Of a DNA stretch of 64,000 nucleotides, positions 62,149-64,000 are shown piece after piece (positions within the stretch are counted from its first letter, which is position 1; every line of letters begins with the position of its first letter). The notes beneath the pieces were generated by a model. The model was not told the origin of the DNA and searched no databases. It saw only the letters and a program-made list of their open reading frames with translations. Made by a program: the position numbers and the translations under genes. This stretch comes from Oscillospiraceae bacterium (GTDB lineage: Bacteria; Bacillota; Clostridia; Oscillospirales; Oscillospiraceae). The DNA lies in contig SVKO01000001.1 in NCBI GenBank assembly GCA_015068455.1, positions 489,738-553,737 of the forward strand. Reading direction: 5' to 3'.

Positions 62149-63087
62149 TCAGCAAAGCACGCGCAGGGCGCCGCAGAGGTGGCCGACGCCGACGTTGCTC
62201 TGCGCGTATTCACAGGCCTTGCGGATATGCGCCATGGCCTCGGCGAGCTCCGGGCCGGTGCGCGCATCGGCGAGGGAGCGCGCCTGCCCGGATTCCGGCA
62301 GACCGGCGCCGGCGCGCAGAGCCTGATGGCACAGGTGCATCCAGCCGTCGAGTTCCCGGAGAAACTCGTCGCGGCTGAGGCGCTCCATGCCGGCCAGAAG
62401 CTCGGTCATGGCCGGTGCGCTGCGGTCCGCGTAGGCTCTGGCGAAGCAGGCGGTGCGTTCGCTGAGGCGCGAAGCCTCCATGGCGGAGATCGCCTGCCCC
62501 AGCCAGCCGCCGGAGGCGCTCAGCGCCGCCTGACAGTCGGCCTCGCTCCGGTCGGGGAAGCGCACGCGCAGCGCGGCAAGCAGCTCCTGCGGGTCCAGGG
62601 GCGTCATAAAAAACATCTGGCAGCGGCTGCGCACGGTGGGCAGCAGCCGTTCCGGGTCGGGGGTAAGGAAGAGGAAGGCAGCGTAGGCGGGGGGTTCTTC
62701 AATGAGCTTGAGCAGGGCGTTCTGGGCGGGGATGCCCAATTCCTGTGGGAAGATATAAACCTTGCTGCGGCCCTCGTTCGGACGGATGCATGCGTCGGCG
62801 GCGATCCGGCGGGCCGGATCTACGCCGAAAAGCTTGTGCTCCGGATCCTCGCAGAAAAGGACGTCGGGGTGATTCCCGGAAAAAACTTTTTTGCAGGCGG
62901 CGCAGCTGCCGCAGGGCGCGCCGTCGCCCTGGCACTGCATGGCTGCGGCCAGGAGCCGGGCGAGGGTGTGCTTGCCGCTGCCCTCCGGCCCGCAAATGGC
63001 GCAGCAATGGGGCAGCTTTCCCGCGGCGCAGGCGGCGCTGAGCCGTTCGCGCAGGGCGGCATTGCCCAAAAAACCGTCGAATCTCAT
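62149..63087 (-). CDS. holB: DNA polymerase III subunit delta'
   Basis: Start reset to ATG 63087 (MRFDGFLGNAAL..). ICGPEGSGKHTLA P-loop, zinc module CGSCAACKKV, SRC motif (VRSRCQ). Confidence 0.88.
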   Translation of the reverse strand: MRFDGFLGNAALRERLSAACAAGKLPHCCAICGPEGSGKHTLARLLAAAMQCQGDGAPCGSCAACKKVFSGNHPDVLFCEDPEHKLFGVDPARRIAADACIRPNEGRSKVYIFPQELGIPAQNALLKLIEEPPAYAAFLFLTPDPERLLPTVRSRCQMFFMTPLDPQELLAALRVRFPDRSEADCQAALSASGGWLGQAISAMEASRLSERTACFARAYADRSAPAMTELLAGMERLSRDEFLRELDGWMHLCHQALRAGAGLPESGQARSLADARTGPELAEAMAHIRKACEYAQSNVGVGHLCGALRVLC

Positions 63088-63131
63088 GTGCGCCCCCAAT
63101 CGATCGCCATACTTACCCACTTTACGGTATC

Positions 63132-63160
63132 ATTATACCCGGTTTTCCCTGCTTTTGCAA
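63132..63160 (-). promoter_or_regulatory. sigma-A promoter of the holB-ricT operon
   Basis: Minus strand TTGCAA (63160-63155), 17 nt, TATAAT (63137-63132). Confidence 0.6.
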
Positions 63161-63370
63161 GCGGAAAGCGGACGGCAGAGGAAATCCGGCCGATTTTCAC
63201 GAAGCATCCGCCCGTTTTTTTTCAGCACGGATTCAGTTTCGCGGAGTACGATGGATGGGAGCGGACCATTTTTCCGGAGCGAATTCGCACATTTCTGATG
63301 ACAAACAGAAAAAGTGGTGCTATACTGTTAATTGATATAATAGCGCCGCTGTCAGCATAAGGAGACCTCC

Positions 63371-64000
63371 ATGATCCAGGAAATCACGCCCCATCGCTTT
63401 GCCAATGAATACCGCGCCCAAATGCCGGAGCCGGAGGCAAACGTGCTGGCGTTCCGCGGCGACGCGGTGCTGTGTGCCGGCGGCGCCGGGCATCTGACCC
63501 TGCCCCGCTGGGGCGCGCTGGGTCTGCCCGCGGACCGGGGGCGTTTTGCCTTTCTGCTGGACGGCGCGCCGGTGTTTCTCACCGATGCGGAGCCCGAACG
63601 GCTCCCGGAGGGCTTCGCCTTTGTCAGCGCGCCGACGCTGCGCCATGCCGCGCCCCGGCACATCGCCTGGGCGGTGGGCGTTGGCGGCAGTCTGATGCGC
63701 TGGTATCGCCAAAACGCCCTGTGCGGCGCATGCGGCGAGGCCATGGTCGACAGCACGACCGAGCGGGCAAGGATTTGTCCCCGGTGCGGCGCCGTCGTCT
63801 ACCCGCGGATCAATCCCGCGGTCATTGCCGCCGTCCACGACGGCGACCGGCTGCTGCTCACCCGTTACCGTGGCCGCGCCCACAAGGCCTATTCCCTTGT
63901 GGCGGGCTTCAACGAGATCGGCGAGAGCATCGAGGATACCGTCCGGCGGGAGGTCATGGAGGAGGCGGGACTGCGGGTCAAAAACCTGCGCTTCTACCGA
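63371..64000 (+). CDS. nudC: NAD(+) diphosphatase NudC (NUDIX), 3'-truncated by the window edge
   Basis: AAGGAGA RBS and ATG 63371. The open frame runs to the window end. Zinc ribbon CGACGEAMV..CPRCGAVVYPR followed by the start of the Nudix box (GFNEIGESIEDTVRREVMEEAGL). Absent from the ORF track because no stop lies in the window. Confidence 0.85.
   Translation, partial: MIQEITPHRFANEYRAQMPEPEANVLAFRGDAVLCAGGAGHLTLPRWGALGLPADRGRFAFLLDGAPVFLTDAEPERLPEGFAFVSAPTLRHAAPRHIAWAVGVGGSLMRWYRQNALCGACGEAMVDSTTERARICPRCGAVVYPRINPAVIAAVHDGDRLLLTRYRGRAHKAYSLVAGFNEIGESIEDTVRREVMEEAGLRVKNLRFYR

Overview
GC-rich chromosomal segment (about 60-65% GC by eye). It fits a Gram-positive anaerobe of the Clostridia/Oscillospirales type. 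Support: an SLH-anchored glycosidase, sporulation-linked ytvI/pdaA-like/ricT genes, holB-ricT order, and infC-rpmI-rplT behind an L20-type leader. I call 54 protein-coding genes. Three are missing from the ORF track: a FeoA tip, a 52-aa FeoB-associated Cys-rich protein, and a 56-aa membrane ORF. Many starts are re-set from RBS evidence.

Content is mostly housekeeping: feoB, lexA, prfC, ruvCAB, infC-rpmI-rplT, malic enzyme, ddh, copA, mtnA, metG, uvrB, rqcH, mrnC, ricT, holB and nudC. Accessory content includes two OmpR-type two-component systems and a Cthe_2159-type beta-helix protein. There is also a DUF2752/CD225 pair, a 2,581-aa SLH-anchored GH3+GH10 multidomain enzyme, and a beta-propeller/YYY-PP2C sensor phosphatase. 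An ABC exporter and several transporters complete it.

I found no rRNA, tRNA, CRISPR array, transposase, integrase, prophage or recognisable defence genes. No clearly novel multi-gene system is evident. The items most worth a second look are:
- the giant surface xylan-degrading fusion protein
- a ~430-bp non-coding tract with three perfect polypurine/polypyrimidine hairpins
- a 41-bp tandem hairpin repeat with a dispersed copy 31 kb away
- a consensus promoter with a long structured leader ahead of a zinc-ribbon gene
- a P-loop NTPase-CYTH fusion
- a two-component system / Cthe_2159 module that shares an acidic DF-x-P-E repeat

The many long antisense ORFs in the track are GC-driven shadow ORFs. 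All coordinates of hairpins, promoters and revised starts were counted by hand and may be off by 1-2 nt. All family assignments come from recognised motifs, not from searches.
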